Assembly: GCA_041666245.1 (NCBI GenBank) | Contig: JBAYHG010000008.1 | Location: 16,049-80,048, forward strand | Length of the DNA stretch: 64,000 nt | Direction of reading: 5' to 3' | Source: Candidatus Peribacteraceae bacterium | Lineage (GTDB): Bacteria; Patescibacteriota; Gracilibacteria; Peribacterales; Peribacteraceae | Shown: piece after piece, positions 17,221-25,435 of the stretch | How the letters are laid out: each line of letters begins with the position of its first letter | Position numbering within the stretch: the first letter of the stretch is position 1 | The notes under the pieces: generated by a model | Told to the model about the DNA's origin: nothing | The model's database searches: none | Seen by the model: the letters and a program-made list of their open reading frames with translations, nothing else | Made by a program: the position numbers and the translations under genes

Positions 17221-19221
17221 TTATCCGTCGATGAGCTTCTTCAGCCAGAGCCGGATGGAGCCGAGATCGATGAAGTGATTGTCCTTCGCCATCATGTGGA
17301 AGACCATCCTGAATGTCTCCCCCTCCGTCCATGTCCCGTCCGTGAACTCCACGTACTTCGTCGTCCAGTCGGACGAGGCGATGTTGGCCACGGATCCCGA
17401 GAGCGTCACGGCAGCATCCGCCGTATCGTAGACACTGACCGTGAAGGCATTGTCCGCAGTGTCGGCCGTGTCCGTCTTGTAGCGCAACTGCATAGCCGAA
17501 TCCCGCCAGCTCAGGAAGGAGTAGGGGACGGTCGTCCGCAGGGTGATGTCGTAATCTTGGAGCGTTGAGATCGTGGAAGTCCATTTGTAGTAATTGGTGG
17601 TGACTCCGTCCTCGTCCGTGACGAAGAGTCTGCCGACGTTGCTCGTCCCATCACCAAGGTACGATGCGCCTTCGAAGGTGGGATTGAAGTCTATGTACTC
17701 GCTCTGCTCCCGGTCATCGACGTTCATGGACCGCCGGTCTGTGACGGTCGTCACACCAGCTTCAGAAGTGACAACAGTGGCGAGGGGAATGAAGCTGCGA
17801 TCTGTGGGGAATGTAGCTCCGACATTGGCACCCGTCGCAGTCATGAAAATATAGTTCGTCGTACTCGGTTGAACCACAATGTTACTGCCTCCGTCGTAGC
17901 GGATGAGTGTGCCATTGATACGGTAATCTCCCGCCGCCACGGATATCGTGAGCCCGGCGCCGCTACTCACCTTCAGGTGCGTTGCGTCACTCGCGAGGTT
18001 CGAGATATCCACGCCGTTGATGGTGCCGCTGACGGTCAAATTCCCCTGCACGTTCACATCCGTGGAGAATTGGAACATCTGGGCGGTATTGAGGAATTCC
18101 AATGTCTGTACGCCGCTCGCATTGCCGAACGTCAGGACGGCATCGACGGCCCCGTTGTCACCGTTCAGCGTGAGATTGTCCTCTGTGAGGATCGCCCCCG
18201 ACGTGCTGAGCGAGCTGTCCACCCCGCTGAGCGTCATGGCGCCACTGCCGGTGAGGGAGAAGATTTCCTCATCCGCGTTCCAGAAGTTCATGAGCTGTCC
18301 CGTCCCCACCTGCTGTCCCCAGAGGAGGGGATCGTCCGTGCTGTACACGGACTGCGTGCCCGTCTCGAAGTAACTCTTGGACGGGACGCACGTACATGCG
18401 CTGTACGTGCCACTTACCCCCTGCCCCGTCGTACACGCATCACCTGTGTGGATCTCACAACCATTCCCTGCCCCCAGAAGTGCCAGGTCGCTGTTGCAAT
18501 CGTTGTATCCGGAGGAACACTGGCAAACACCGTTCCCGGCACTGCAACCGTTATAGACGGCGTGCGAGGCACACGTCCCACCGTTCAGGATCTCGCACCC
18601 GTCGGTCGCATCCGCCCCCTCCCCGTCGCAGTCGAGGTAGTTGGTGTCACACTCCACACCGCATGCTGCGATGTAGTGGTTGTTCGCCCCCGTGGGGTAG
18701 TTCGTGGAGTTCGTCAGCACCTCGCAGTCCGCAGCGTTGCCGTCGCAGGTCTGGTACCCCGAACGGCAGTTGCCGCAGGAGAACGTTCCTGCCCCCGTGC
18801 AGACCGTCAACTTGTTCACGGGATTGGCGTAGCAGGTGGCGTCTCTGTTGCAGAGCCAGTTGCCGCTGTTGTCACAGAAAGGCTCGGCGGCGTCTTCCGG
18901 CTGGGCGAAGCAATCGATGATGTAGCCACCGGTAAGGCTGGCGGTGTACTGCGTCGTGGACGTCTGTCCCGATGCGGGGGCGGACATGCCTGACACCTCG
19001 TAGCAATCAATATTGTTACTTCCATTCACACCGCAAATCCTCTTGGTCCCCGAGCATTGCTGGCCCGGGAACTGCGTATCATCTGACGCAGGACAATCCG
19101 CAGGATCATCGACGTAGTGAGGTGTGATGGTGAGAGACGCTGTCCCTGAACCTGCGAACAGCAGGAGGACCACGATGGCCGTCCTGATGATGCCGTTGCG
19201 GATGGCACTTGTGCGTTCCAT
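17221..19221 (-). CDS. Secreted Cys-rich / beta-helix-like surface protein (666 aa)
   Basis: Signal peptide MERTSAIRNGIIRTAIVVLLLFAGSGTASL, then a Cys-rich N-terminal third. The module DAVLTFGNASGVQTLEFLNTAQMFQFSTDVNVQGNLTVSG is shared with the adjacent gene. Confidence 0.7.
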   Translation of the reverse strand: MERTSAIRNGIIRTAIVVLLLFAGSGTASLTITPHYVDDPADCPASDDTQFPGQQCSGTKRICGVNGSNNIDCYEVSGMSAPASGQTSTTQYTASLTGGYIIDCFAQPEDAAEPFCDNSGNWLCNRDATCYANPVNKLTVCTGAGTFSCGNCRSGYQTCDGNAADCEVLTNSTNYPTGANNHYIAACGVECDTNYLDCDGEGADATDGCEILNGGTCASHAVYNGCSAGNGVCQCSSGYNDCNSDLALLGAGNGCEIHTGDACTTGQGVSGTYSACTCVPSKSYFETGTQSVYSTDDPLLWGQQVGTGQLMNFWNADEEIFSLTGSGAMTLSGVDSSLSTSGAILTEDNLTLNGDNGAVDAVLTFGNASGVQTLEFLNTAQMFQFSTDVNVQGNLTVSGTINGVDISNLASDATHLKVSSGAGLTISVAAGDYRINGTLIRYDGGSNIVVQPSTTNYIFMTATGANVGATFPTDRSFIPLATVVTSEAGVTTVTDRRSMNVDDREQSEYIDFNPTFEGASYLGDGTSNVGRLFVTDEDGVTTNYYKWTSTISTLQDYDITLRTTVPYSFLSWRDSAMQLRYKTDTADTADNAFTVSVYDTADAAVTLSGSVANIASSDWTTKYVEFTDGTWTEGETFRMVFHMMAKDNHFIDLGSIRLWLKKLIDG

Positions 19222-19224
19222 GGT

Positions 19225-20274
19225 TTACCGGCAACAGGAAATGGGCTGCGGAACGGAGCAATTCACGAGGAATCCCTTGCCTCCACCAGTGGCGATCGTC
19301 GCGCCATTGTCCGTGCTGTACTCCCACCACGCACCAAGGTACGTAGAGCTCGCCGTGGTCCAGCCGTTGCAGTCATTGGAATTTGACGTGTATCCCGGGG
19401 GACCCTGCGCCGCCCAGCCGAATGCCGCCCCCGCGAAGGCATTAATATTCTGATCGATGGTGGAAATGATCTCCGCCGAACGACACATATGGCTGCCGGC
19501 AAATGCCTCCGTGCAGAGCTCGTTCGCCGCCTGATAGCCGACCAAACTCCCCGTGCTGAATGATCCCGTCGTGGAACCGCTGGTGAGGCCCACGAATGCA
19601 CCCCCCTTGGAGAGACTGGTCCAACCGTTCCCGTCGTAGGCTTGCATGTCCGTTCCCGTCCACCGGATGGTCCCTGCGCCTGTTCCCGTTCCGGGCGCGT
19701 AGTTTCCCACCACGATGGCGCCGGACACGCTCACCGTATCGGAGAACTGAAACTGCTGCGCGGCATTGGAGAAAGTAAGCGTCTGGTTGCCACTCGCGTT
19801 TCCAAATGTGAGAACAGCGTCCGAAGCTCCGGCATCATGATTGATTGTGATGCCTTCATCGGTGGTGAAAGCGCCCGTCGTGTCGAGCGTGCTGTTGATC
19901 GTGGTGGCGCCGTCCAACACCGTCGCGCCGCTCACGGAAAGAGACCCCGTGGCCGTCACGTTGCCCTGGATGTAGACGCTGCGCGTGAAGTCGAAGCGTG
20001 TCTCCGAGATGTCGTAGATGAGCTTCTGATTGCCCGTAGATCCGAACCGCAACTCCACATCAGTCGTCCCGTCTCCCTCGTCGATCGTGTTGAAGGACTC
20101 AGTATTGACAAGGAGGGTCGGATTCCAGATTGAGGTCGCTTGCGCAGTTGGTATCGTTCCCATTGTAAACGTAGTTGCCAGGATCACAGAGAGAACTCCT
20201 GCAAGAATGCGTGTTGGGAGCGAGCGGAGAGTGGATGTGTGTGTATGCGGCATATGGATGATACTTCCACACAT
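19225..20274 (-). CDS. Secreted protein paralogous to 17221..19221 in its central module, with a distinct Cys-containing C-terminal domain (349 aa)
   Basis: Signal peptide ending TAQA. Shared module: DAVLTFGNASGNQTLTFSNAAQQFQFSDTVSVSG. An alternative start exists at 20253 (MPHTHTS). Confidence 0.7.
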   Translation of the reverse strand: MCGSIIHMPHTHTSTLRSLPTRILAGVLSVILATTFTMGTIPTAQATSIWNPTLLVNTESFNTIDEGDGTTDVELRFGSTGNQKLIYDISETRFDFTRSVYIQGNVTATGSLSVSGATVLDGATTINSTLDTTGAFTTDEGITINHDAGASDAVLTFGNASGNQTLTFSNAAQQFQFSDTVSVSGAIVVGNYAPGTGTGAGTIRWTGTDMQAYDGNGWTSLSKGGAFVGLTSGSTTGSFSTGSLVGYQAANELCTEAFAGSHMCRSAEIISTIDQNINAFAGAAFGWAAQGPPGYTSNSNDCNGWTTASSTYLGAWWEYSTDNGATIATGGGKGFLVNCSVPQPISCCR

Positions 20275-20479
20275 TATAGATTTTTTTTGAGAATCTGTCC
20301 TACATGTGTAATTGACTAATTACTATAATCTTATTGTTAAATACTAATGTATATTTACAACAACATATAGCTATACCACATGCAACATCAACAGAAGCAT
20401 TTCTCACCCGCTTTCATTCTTCATGTAAATGATCTTTCGCAAGAAAAAGCATCTGACGCAAAGGATTCATCTGGAATCT

Positions 20480-20496
20480 ATGGCGGAGCCGACGGG
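20480..20496. repeat. 17-nt direct copy of the tRNA-Asp 3' end, 111 bp downstream of the tRNA
   Basis: atggcggagccgacggg at 20480-20496 is identical to 20591-20607; 16 of the 17 nt are the tRNA 3' terminus including CCA. Confidence 0.7.
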
Positions 20497-20591
20497 TCTT
20501 CTTCGCGAGCTACGAAGACCGATATGAAACTGAGTCATTCTGCGAAGCTCTCTGCTTTGCGTAGCTTCGCAGAGCAAAGTGCGAAGCAGAA

Positions 20592-20668
20592 TGGCGGAGC
20601 CGACGGGATTCGAACCCGCGACCTCTTCCGTGACAGGGAAGCGCTCTAACCAGCTGAGCTACGGCTCC
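20592..20668 (-). tRNA. tRNA-Asp (GTC), CCA encoded
   Basis: Reverse complement: GGAGCCGTAGCTCAGCTGGTTAGAGCGCTTCCCTGTCACGGAAGAGGTCGCGGGTTCGAATCCCGTCGGCTCCGCCA. It folds as a cloverleaf with anticodon loop CTGTCAC. Confidence 0.9.
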
Positions 20669-20757
20669 TGGAACTTACGTATAGAAAGACCAAGGTCACT
20701 TCCCTGAGCGTATCAATTCCTTCCCTTGAGCACAATGCTTTGCCTCCTTCCCTGGTG

Positions 20758-20898
20758 TTACAGCGTCGCAGCCAGCACGTTCGCCACGAGCACGCAAAGT
20801 CCCGCGATCATGAGCCAGACGAAAATCCCGGTCCACAACTCATTGGTATGCAGATAGGCTCGCAGTGTCCCGCCGTTGCTCTTGAAGATTCTGAACAT
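20758..20898 (-). CDS. Candidate small membrane protein (46 aa), below the ORF-track size cutoff
   Basis: My own translation: MFRIFKSNGGTLRAYLHTNELWTGIFVWLMIAGLCVLVANVLAATL. It has one clear TM helix and a strong promoter directly upstream. Confidence 0.4.
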   Translation of the reverse strand: MFRIFKSNGGTLRAYLHTNELWTGIFVWLMIAGLCVLVANVLAATL

Positions 20899-20915
20899 GG
20901 GTGTTTGTTAGAAGT

Positions 20916-20944
20916 ATTATAACATAATTATGTAAGGAGTACAA
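20916..20944 (-). promoter_or_regulatory. Sigma70-type promoter with extended -10
   Basis: Minus strand reads TTGTAC (20939-20944), a 17-nt spacer ending in TGT, then TATAAT (20916-20921), 17 nt before ATG 20898. Confidence 0.5.
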
Positions 20945-20975
20945 CTCCCAAATCGGCCCCTGGATTCACCACGGG

Positions 20976-21074
20976 GGAAACCGAAGAAACCAAGGAATCC
21001 AAGGAAAACGATGAGAAGCCGATCGAAGCACTCCTCGGATTCTTCGGTCTCTTCGGATGCCTCGGATTCCTTTT
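20976..21074. repeat. Tandem-word fold-back repeat (8-nt words GAAACCGA / GGAATCCA)
   Basis: Left arm: ggaaaccgaagaaaccaaggaatccaaggaaaacg. Right arm: ctcctcggattcttcggtctcttcggatgcctcggattcctttt. It sits just downstream of the LysM-M23 gene stop. Confidence 0.6.
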
Positions 21075-21082
21075 CTGCAGAA

Positions 21083-22144
21083 CTACTCCAGATATAACAA
21101 CGGATTCTTCTTCACTCCATTGACCCTGACTTCGAAGTGAATGTGGATACCGGTCGGTCCGTACACGAGACCTGAGTTCCCCATGAATCCAATCTGCTGC
21201 CCGCGAGAGACACGTTCCCCGTTCTTCACGAAGATCTGCTTGTTGTGCGCATAGAGCGTCACGAGGCCGTTGCCGTGGTCCACTTCGATCACGTTGCCGT
21301 AACCGCCGTTCCAGCCCATGTCCGCACGAATGACGACACCGTCCTCGGAGGCGAAGATGGGGCCGCCACCCTTCGTCTGCATATCGATAGCGAAGTGCCG
21401 CGCATTGAAGTACTGCGTGATGAGACAGCTGGAGCAGGGTGTCTGCAGGACTGTCTGTGTGATGACCGCACTCACGATGGGTGCCAGCGGCCTCTCCGGC
21501 GTCTCGGTCTTGCCGCTGTTCGGCACAGTGAGACGCAGGTCTATGTCTTTGCCCGTCAACTTCTGCCCGAAACTGAGATTGCCGGTGTCTGCCGCGGCGA
21601 TGGTGCGGTCGCCGAGAACGGGCTTGCCTCCGGGGATGATGAGCTGCTGACCGATGGCGATGAATCCGTCACGGATGTGATTCTGACGGGCGATGTCCGC
21701 CTGCGGAATACTGTAGAGATCTGCGATACGCGCGAGTGTCTGCCCCTTACGCACCGCATGGAGCACACCATCCACCGGGAGGATCACCAGTTCCTGTCCG
21801 GGCTTGAGCGTGGAGGTATCCGGGAGATCATTGGCCCAACGGACAGTCTGAGCAGAGATGCTGTAGCGCTTCGCAATGCCCTCCAGACTCTCACCATCCT
21901 TCACCTTGTGAATGATGCCCTCACCGTACGCGAGACGCGATCCCTGCTGCCCCAGGGACGACGTCTTCATGAGGAAACCCTCCTCAACGAAGAGGAACTG
22001 CTGCGCCGCCAACGGCGTGTCATCTTCGAAGGCCTGCGCAGTCCGGGGCACATACGGGGGCAGGAACATCCCGAGCACGAAGAACGCGACGCAGAGCAGC
22101 TTCACCCGCACGGAGAGCCAGTGGACGAGAGGGGAGCGGACCAT
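21083..22144 (-). CDS. LysM-domain M23 family metallopeptidase
   Basis: Two LysM repeats (HKVKDGESLEGIAKRYSISAQTVRWANDL; HAVRKGQTLARIADLYSIPQADIARQNHI). M23 core: HFAIDM ... GNVIEVDHGNGLVTLYAHN ... GNSG ... GIHIHFEV. Confidence 0.9.
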   Translation of the reverse strand: MVRSPLVHWLSVRVKLLCVAFFVLGMFLPPYVPRTAQAFEDDTPLAAQQFLFVEEGFLMKTSSLGQQGSRLAYGEGIIHKVKDGESLEGIAKRYSISAQTVRWANDLPDTSTLKPGQELVILPVDGVLHAVRKGQTLARIADLYSIPQADIARQNHIRDGFIAIGQQLIIPGGKPVLGDRTIAAADTGNLSFGQKLTGKDIDLRLTVPNSGKTETPERPLAPIVSAVITQTVLQTPCSSCLITQYFNARHFAIDMQTKGGGPIFASEDGVVIRADMGWNGGYGNVIEVDHGNGLVTLYAHNKQIFVKNGERVSRGQQIGFMGNSGLVYGPTGIHIHFEVRVNGVKKNPLLYLE

Positions 22145-22150
22145 GATCGG

Positions 22151-23026
22151 TTAGAGCACCGGAAGAGCGGCGAGCAGCGAACGCATATCGGCCCAGCGCT
22201 CGCGGGACCCGAGCAGTACGGCAACAAATTCCCTCTGCCCCTCACGCACGATCGTGAGCAGGCACTGCCCCGCATCATCCGTGGTACCGGTCTTGCCCGC
22301 AACCACGGGGCCATTGGACCGAAGGAGCAGATTGGTCGTCTGCAATGCAATCTCACGCCCTCCCAGAGACTGGATGACAGCGGAGGAGAGGGAGAGGCGC
22401 CGCTCGAGCTCGGGACGACGCAGGACGAAGGAGGCGAGCCACGTGAGATCCTGCGGCGTGGACCACTGCGCAGGATCATCCAGTCCTTCCGGATTGGCGT
22501 ACGACGTGTCGCGCAATCCCAATTCCCCCGCCCGTTCGTTCATGGCTTCGACGAACGCGGACCGTGAACCGCTATGGAACACGGCGAGCGCTGCGGCGGC
22601 ATCGTTGGCGGAAGGGACGAGGAGCGCCGTGAGGAGATCTCCGACGGTGTAGCGCTCTCCGGGTACGAGGTGCACCACGCTCCCCTGCGTCAGCGCGACG
22701 TCCGCAGGCACGGTGACGACCTCTGAGAGCTCGTGATGCTCAGCGATGAGGAGTGCCGTCATCAGTTTCGTGAGGCTGCCTGTGGGACGACGGTGCCGGG
22801 CATTGACGGAGAAGAGCGCCTGTCCGCTCCCGAGATCTGTGAGGAGAATCCCCGACGCCGAGAGGGGGGAGGGGAGACGCATGAGCACCGAGGCGCTGGC
22901 CAGGAGCGGCAGCGGCGCGGAAACAGCAAGCCGACTCAGTGCGACCTGATCGCCGGAGGAGATACCCCCCACCGGCAGCAAGCCCATCAGGAGCACCGAC
23001 AGGATCGTTGCGAACATCCGGGACAT
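22151..23026 (-). CDS. Serine-type D-Ala-D-Ala carboxypeptidase (S11, PBP5-like)
   Basis: SxxK (GSLTK), SxN (PSANDAA) and KTG (GKTGTT) motifs in the correct order, plus a signal peptide. Confidence 0.85.
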   Translation of the reverse strand: MSRMFATILSVLLMGLLPVGGISSGDQVALSRLAVSAPLPLLASASVLMRLPSPLSASGILLTDLGSGQALFSVNARHRRPTGSLTKLMTALLIAEHHELSEVVTVPADVALTQGSVVHLVPGERYTVGDLLTALLVPSANDAAAALAVFHSGSRSAFVEAMNERAGELGLRDTSYANPEGLDDPAQWSTPQDLTWLASFVLRRPELERRLSLSSAVIQSLGGREIALQTTNLLLRSNGPVVAGKTGTTDDAGQCLLTIVREGQREFVAVLLGSRERWADMRSLLAALPVL

Positions 23027-23223
23027 TCTAGGGAGATTCCACAGCTTTCGGAAGGGTCAGAAGGAGCGGCAAGCGCCACTGATGCCTCTCTGTCAATTCC
23101 TTAAAATGGCGGAGGAGTATGCATCAAAAACGATGCTGGGGTCACACGGACGATGTTTCAGGAACTACGGAAACTTCAGCTGGGCCTCCTGTCAATTTCT
23201 CTAGGCAATGATCCCCCCACTCA

Positions 23224-24177
23224 TCACTTGTAGATGACCCTGTCCGCGAGGCGGAGATCGACGTACTGACGGACGTCTTTCCCCTGTACTGATTTGAGGA
23301 ATATCCGGTAACGGGCGAGTTGTTCTTCGAGAGTGCTCTTCATGTCGAGCCAGAGTGTATAGGCCGAAGATGAGAGGTGGATTTCCCGCGCCCGCAGATA
23401 GGCAGTGCGACCTGTGATGGAGAATCCAAACTGTTCATGGAGCTGCTCACTGGCATTGTTCATGCGCTTGAGGAAATCAACCGGGAGCAGAGGAGCCGAG
23501 GGTGAGGGACGCACCGCCCAGTCAACGATCCGAATGAGCGGCAGCGATGTATCACCGGCAGCCGCGAAGGGGAGCGAGACGAAGAGGCCGTTGTCCGTCA
23601 GGTAATCGTGCGTTGCTGTCTCCTGAATACTCCCGCTCCCCGCCGCCGGTCGGGTCACTGCATCCGCTTTGGCATCTCCCACTGCATCCGGCTCCCCGAT
23701 CTCGAGACGCGCAACGAGCGGATGGAGTTCGATCGACACCTGCAGTTGTGACGGATAGCGCTTCCCGATGGAGACGGATTGCACATCCGGCAGCGCACGC
23801 ATGACAAGCGTCTCCACTTCGTGGGACGTGAGGAAAAAGAGGTGACGTCCGAACATCGGGCGCAGCGCCTTCTGAATACGCTCGCTGTCGATGCGGGGAT
23901 CGGTGCGCCGTACGCGGATCTCGCGAATGTGAACGAGCGGAGAGAAGAGGAGCGCGGAGAAGCCGATGATCGCCATCGCAAGCAGCGCAATCCACACCCA
24001 CCGGCGCAGGAAGAGGATACTCTGCGCGGTCGTGCGCTCCGCACGGCGGAAGAACCGTGTCCAGCGCTCGCGGGTGTACTGCCGATGGCGCTTGTGCCGC
24101 TGCCGGACGAACGCGCTCGTGCGTTTGCTTGCAGGACGACTGAACCGCCGCGGGAGGTGGCGGGGAGGGAGGAGCAT
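23224..24177 (-). CDS. ftsQ: FtsQ/DivIB-like cell division protein (basic N-terminus, one TM, POTRA-like domain)
   Basis: TM segment WIALLAMAIIGFSALLF followed by VHIREIRVRRTDPRIDSERIQKALRPMFGRHLFFLTSHEVETLVMRALPDVQSVSIGKRYPSQLQVSI, a typical POTRA pattern. Confidence 0.6.
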   Translation of the reverse strand: MLLPPRHLPRRFSRPASKRTSAFVRQRHKRHRQYTRERWTRFFRRAERTTAQSILFLRRWVWIALLAMAIIGFSALLFSPLVHIREIRVRRTDPRIDSERIQKALRPMFGRHLFFLTSHEVETLVMRALPDVQSVSIGKRYPSQLQVSIELHPLVARLEIGEPDAVGDAKADAVTRPAAGSGSIQETATHDYLTDNGLFVSLPFAAAGDTSLPLIRIVDWAVRPSPSAPLLPVDFLKRMNNASEQLHEQFGFSITGRTAYLRAREIHLSSSAYTLWLDMKSTLEEQLARYRIFLKSVQGKDVRQYVDLRLADRVIYK

Positions 24178-24228
24178 CGGGAGCCATGATAGAGATCGAC
24201 CGTGACGGGAGGAAGCAACGCCCCTTGC

Positions 24229-24327
24229 GGGAGAGAAGAAAGAAATGGGAGAAAGGAAAGAAAAGAAAGAAATGCTGATTCCCTTCCTCTTTCTCTCCTT
24301 CCTTTCATTTCTTTCCTTTCTGCCCTC
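24229..24327. repeat. Tandem-word fold-back repeat (word GGAAAGAAA) in the divergent ftsQ/glycosyltransferase gap
   Basis: Left arm: gggagagaagaaagaaatgggagaaaggaaagaaaagaaagaaatg. Right arm: cccttcctctttctctccttcctttcatttctttcctttctgccctc. Confidence 0.6.
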
Positions 24328-24352
24328 TGCGAACCGGGGCTATCATCCCTTC

Positions 24353-25435
24353 ATGAAACTGGCTCTCGTCGCAGACTGGCTGACAGTATTCGGTGGCGCC
24401 GAACACGCCGTCGCGGAGTTCCATCGCCTGTGGCCGGAAGCGCCGATCTTCACGACCGTCGCCAACCGGGGGAACATCGGCCCGCTCGCAGACGCCGATA
24501 TCCGGACCTCACGGCTCCAGCCGTGGTACCGGATCGTCCGCCGCCATCAGCTCCTCCTCCCGTGGATGCCGCGCGCCGTGGAAGACATCGATCTGCGCGG
24601 CTACGACGTCATTTTGAGTTCCTCGCACGCCGTCGGAAAAGGCATCATCCCTCCGCAAACGGCTCGCCACATCTGCTACTGCCACACGCCGATGCGCTAC
24701 GCGTGGGAGATGGAGGAGACGTACCTGGAGGATTTCGGCGTGCCGCGGATCCTGCGCCCGAAGATCAAGCGCATGCTGGCACAGCTTCGACGGTGGGATC
24801 TTCAGACGGCCAAGCGCGTGGACCGTTTCATCGCCAACTCGACGGAAACGCAGCGACGCATTCAAAGAATCTACGCGCGGGATTCGGTCGTCATTCCTCC
24901 GCCAGTCGAGGACAGATTCTTCGCATCGGTGATGCAACCCGCGCAGGGACGCGCGGGCTACCTTGCCATCGGCCGGCTCGTGCCGTACAAGAAATTCGAT
25001 CTCCTCATCGCACTGGCCAACGAGCTGAAGCTGCCGCTGACGATCGCGGGAAGAGGGCAGGAGGAAGCCATGCTGCGCAGGATGGCCGGACCGACCGTGA
25101 CATTCCTCGGCTTCGTGCCGGACGAAAAACTTCCCGAGCTGTACGCTTCCGCGAAAGCCGTCCTCTTCCCCCCGCATGAGGACGCAGGGATCGTGCCGCT
25201 GGAAGCGCAGGCTTGCGGGACACCGGTGATCGCCTTCGGATCAGGAGGCGCACTGGATACGGTGAAGGACGGCGAAACCGGCGTGTTCTTCAAGGAACAA
25301 ACCGTCGCTTCGATGGCAGACGCGATCCAACGCTTCGGGTCGCTCGCATTCGATCCGGAGAAGATCCGCGATCATGCGCGGCAGTTCTCGGCGGAGAGGT
25401 TCCGGGAACGAATTCGAAGCGAGGTGGAACGCTAG
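24353..25435 (+). CDS. GT4-family (GT-B fold) glycosyltransferase
   Basis: ATG 24353 (MKLALVADWLTVFGGAEHAV). C-terminal EX7E-type motif: EDAGIVPLEAQACGTPVIAFGSGGALDTVKDGETGVFF. Confidence 0.85.
   Translation: MKLALVADWLTVFGGAEHAVAEFHRLWPEAPIFTTVANRGNIGPLADADIRTSRLQPWYRIVRRHQLLLPWMPRAVEDIDLRGYDVILSSSHAVGKGIIPPQTARHICYCHTPMRYAWEMEETYLEDFGVPRILRPKIKRMLAQLRRWDLQTAKRVDRFIANSTETQRRIQRIYARDSVVIPPPVEDRFFASVMQPAQGRAGYLAIGRLVPYKKFDLLIALANELKLPLTIAGRGQEEAMLRRMAGPTVTFLGFVPDEKLPELYASAKAVLFPPHEDAGIVPLEAQACGTPVIAFGSGGALDTVKDGETGVFFKEQTVASMADAIQRFGSLAFDPEKIRDHARQFSAERFRERIRSEVER

Noticed and set aside
20380-20649. 89-aa plus-strand ORF
   Set aside because: It runs antisense through tRNA-Asp and its duplicated 3' end, so it is an artefact of the tRNA region.
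20275-21080. Prophage or integrative island next to tRNA-Asp (and likewise next to tRNA-Trp at 34.9-35.1 kb)
   Set aside because: The segments between the duplicated tRNA 3' ends are only ~95-106 bp. No integrase, excisionase or phage genes flank either tRNA. They are reported only as miniature inserts or remnants.
24202-25179. 325-aa plus-strand ORF overlapping the glycosyltransferase in another frame
   Set aside because: It is Arg/Pro/Ala-rich with no motifs. The frame starting at 24353 carries the GT4 signature.
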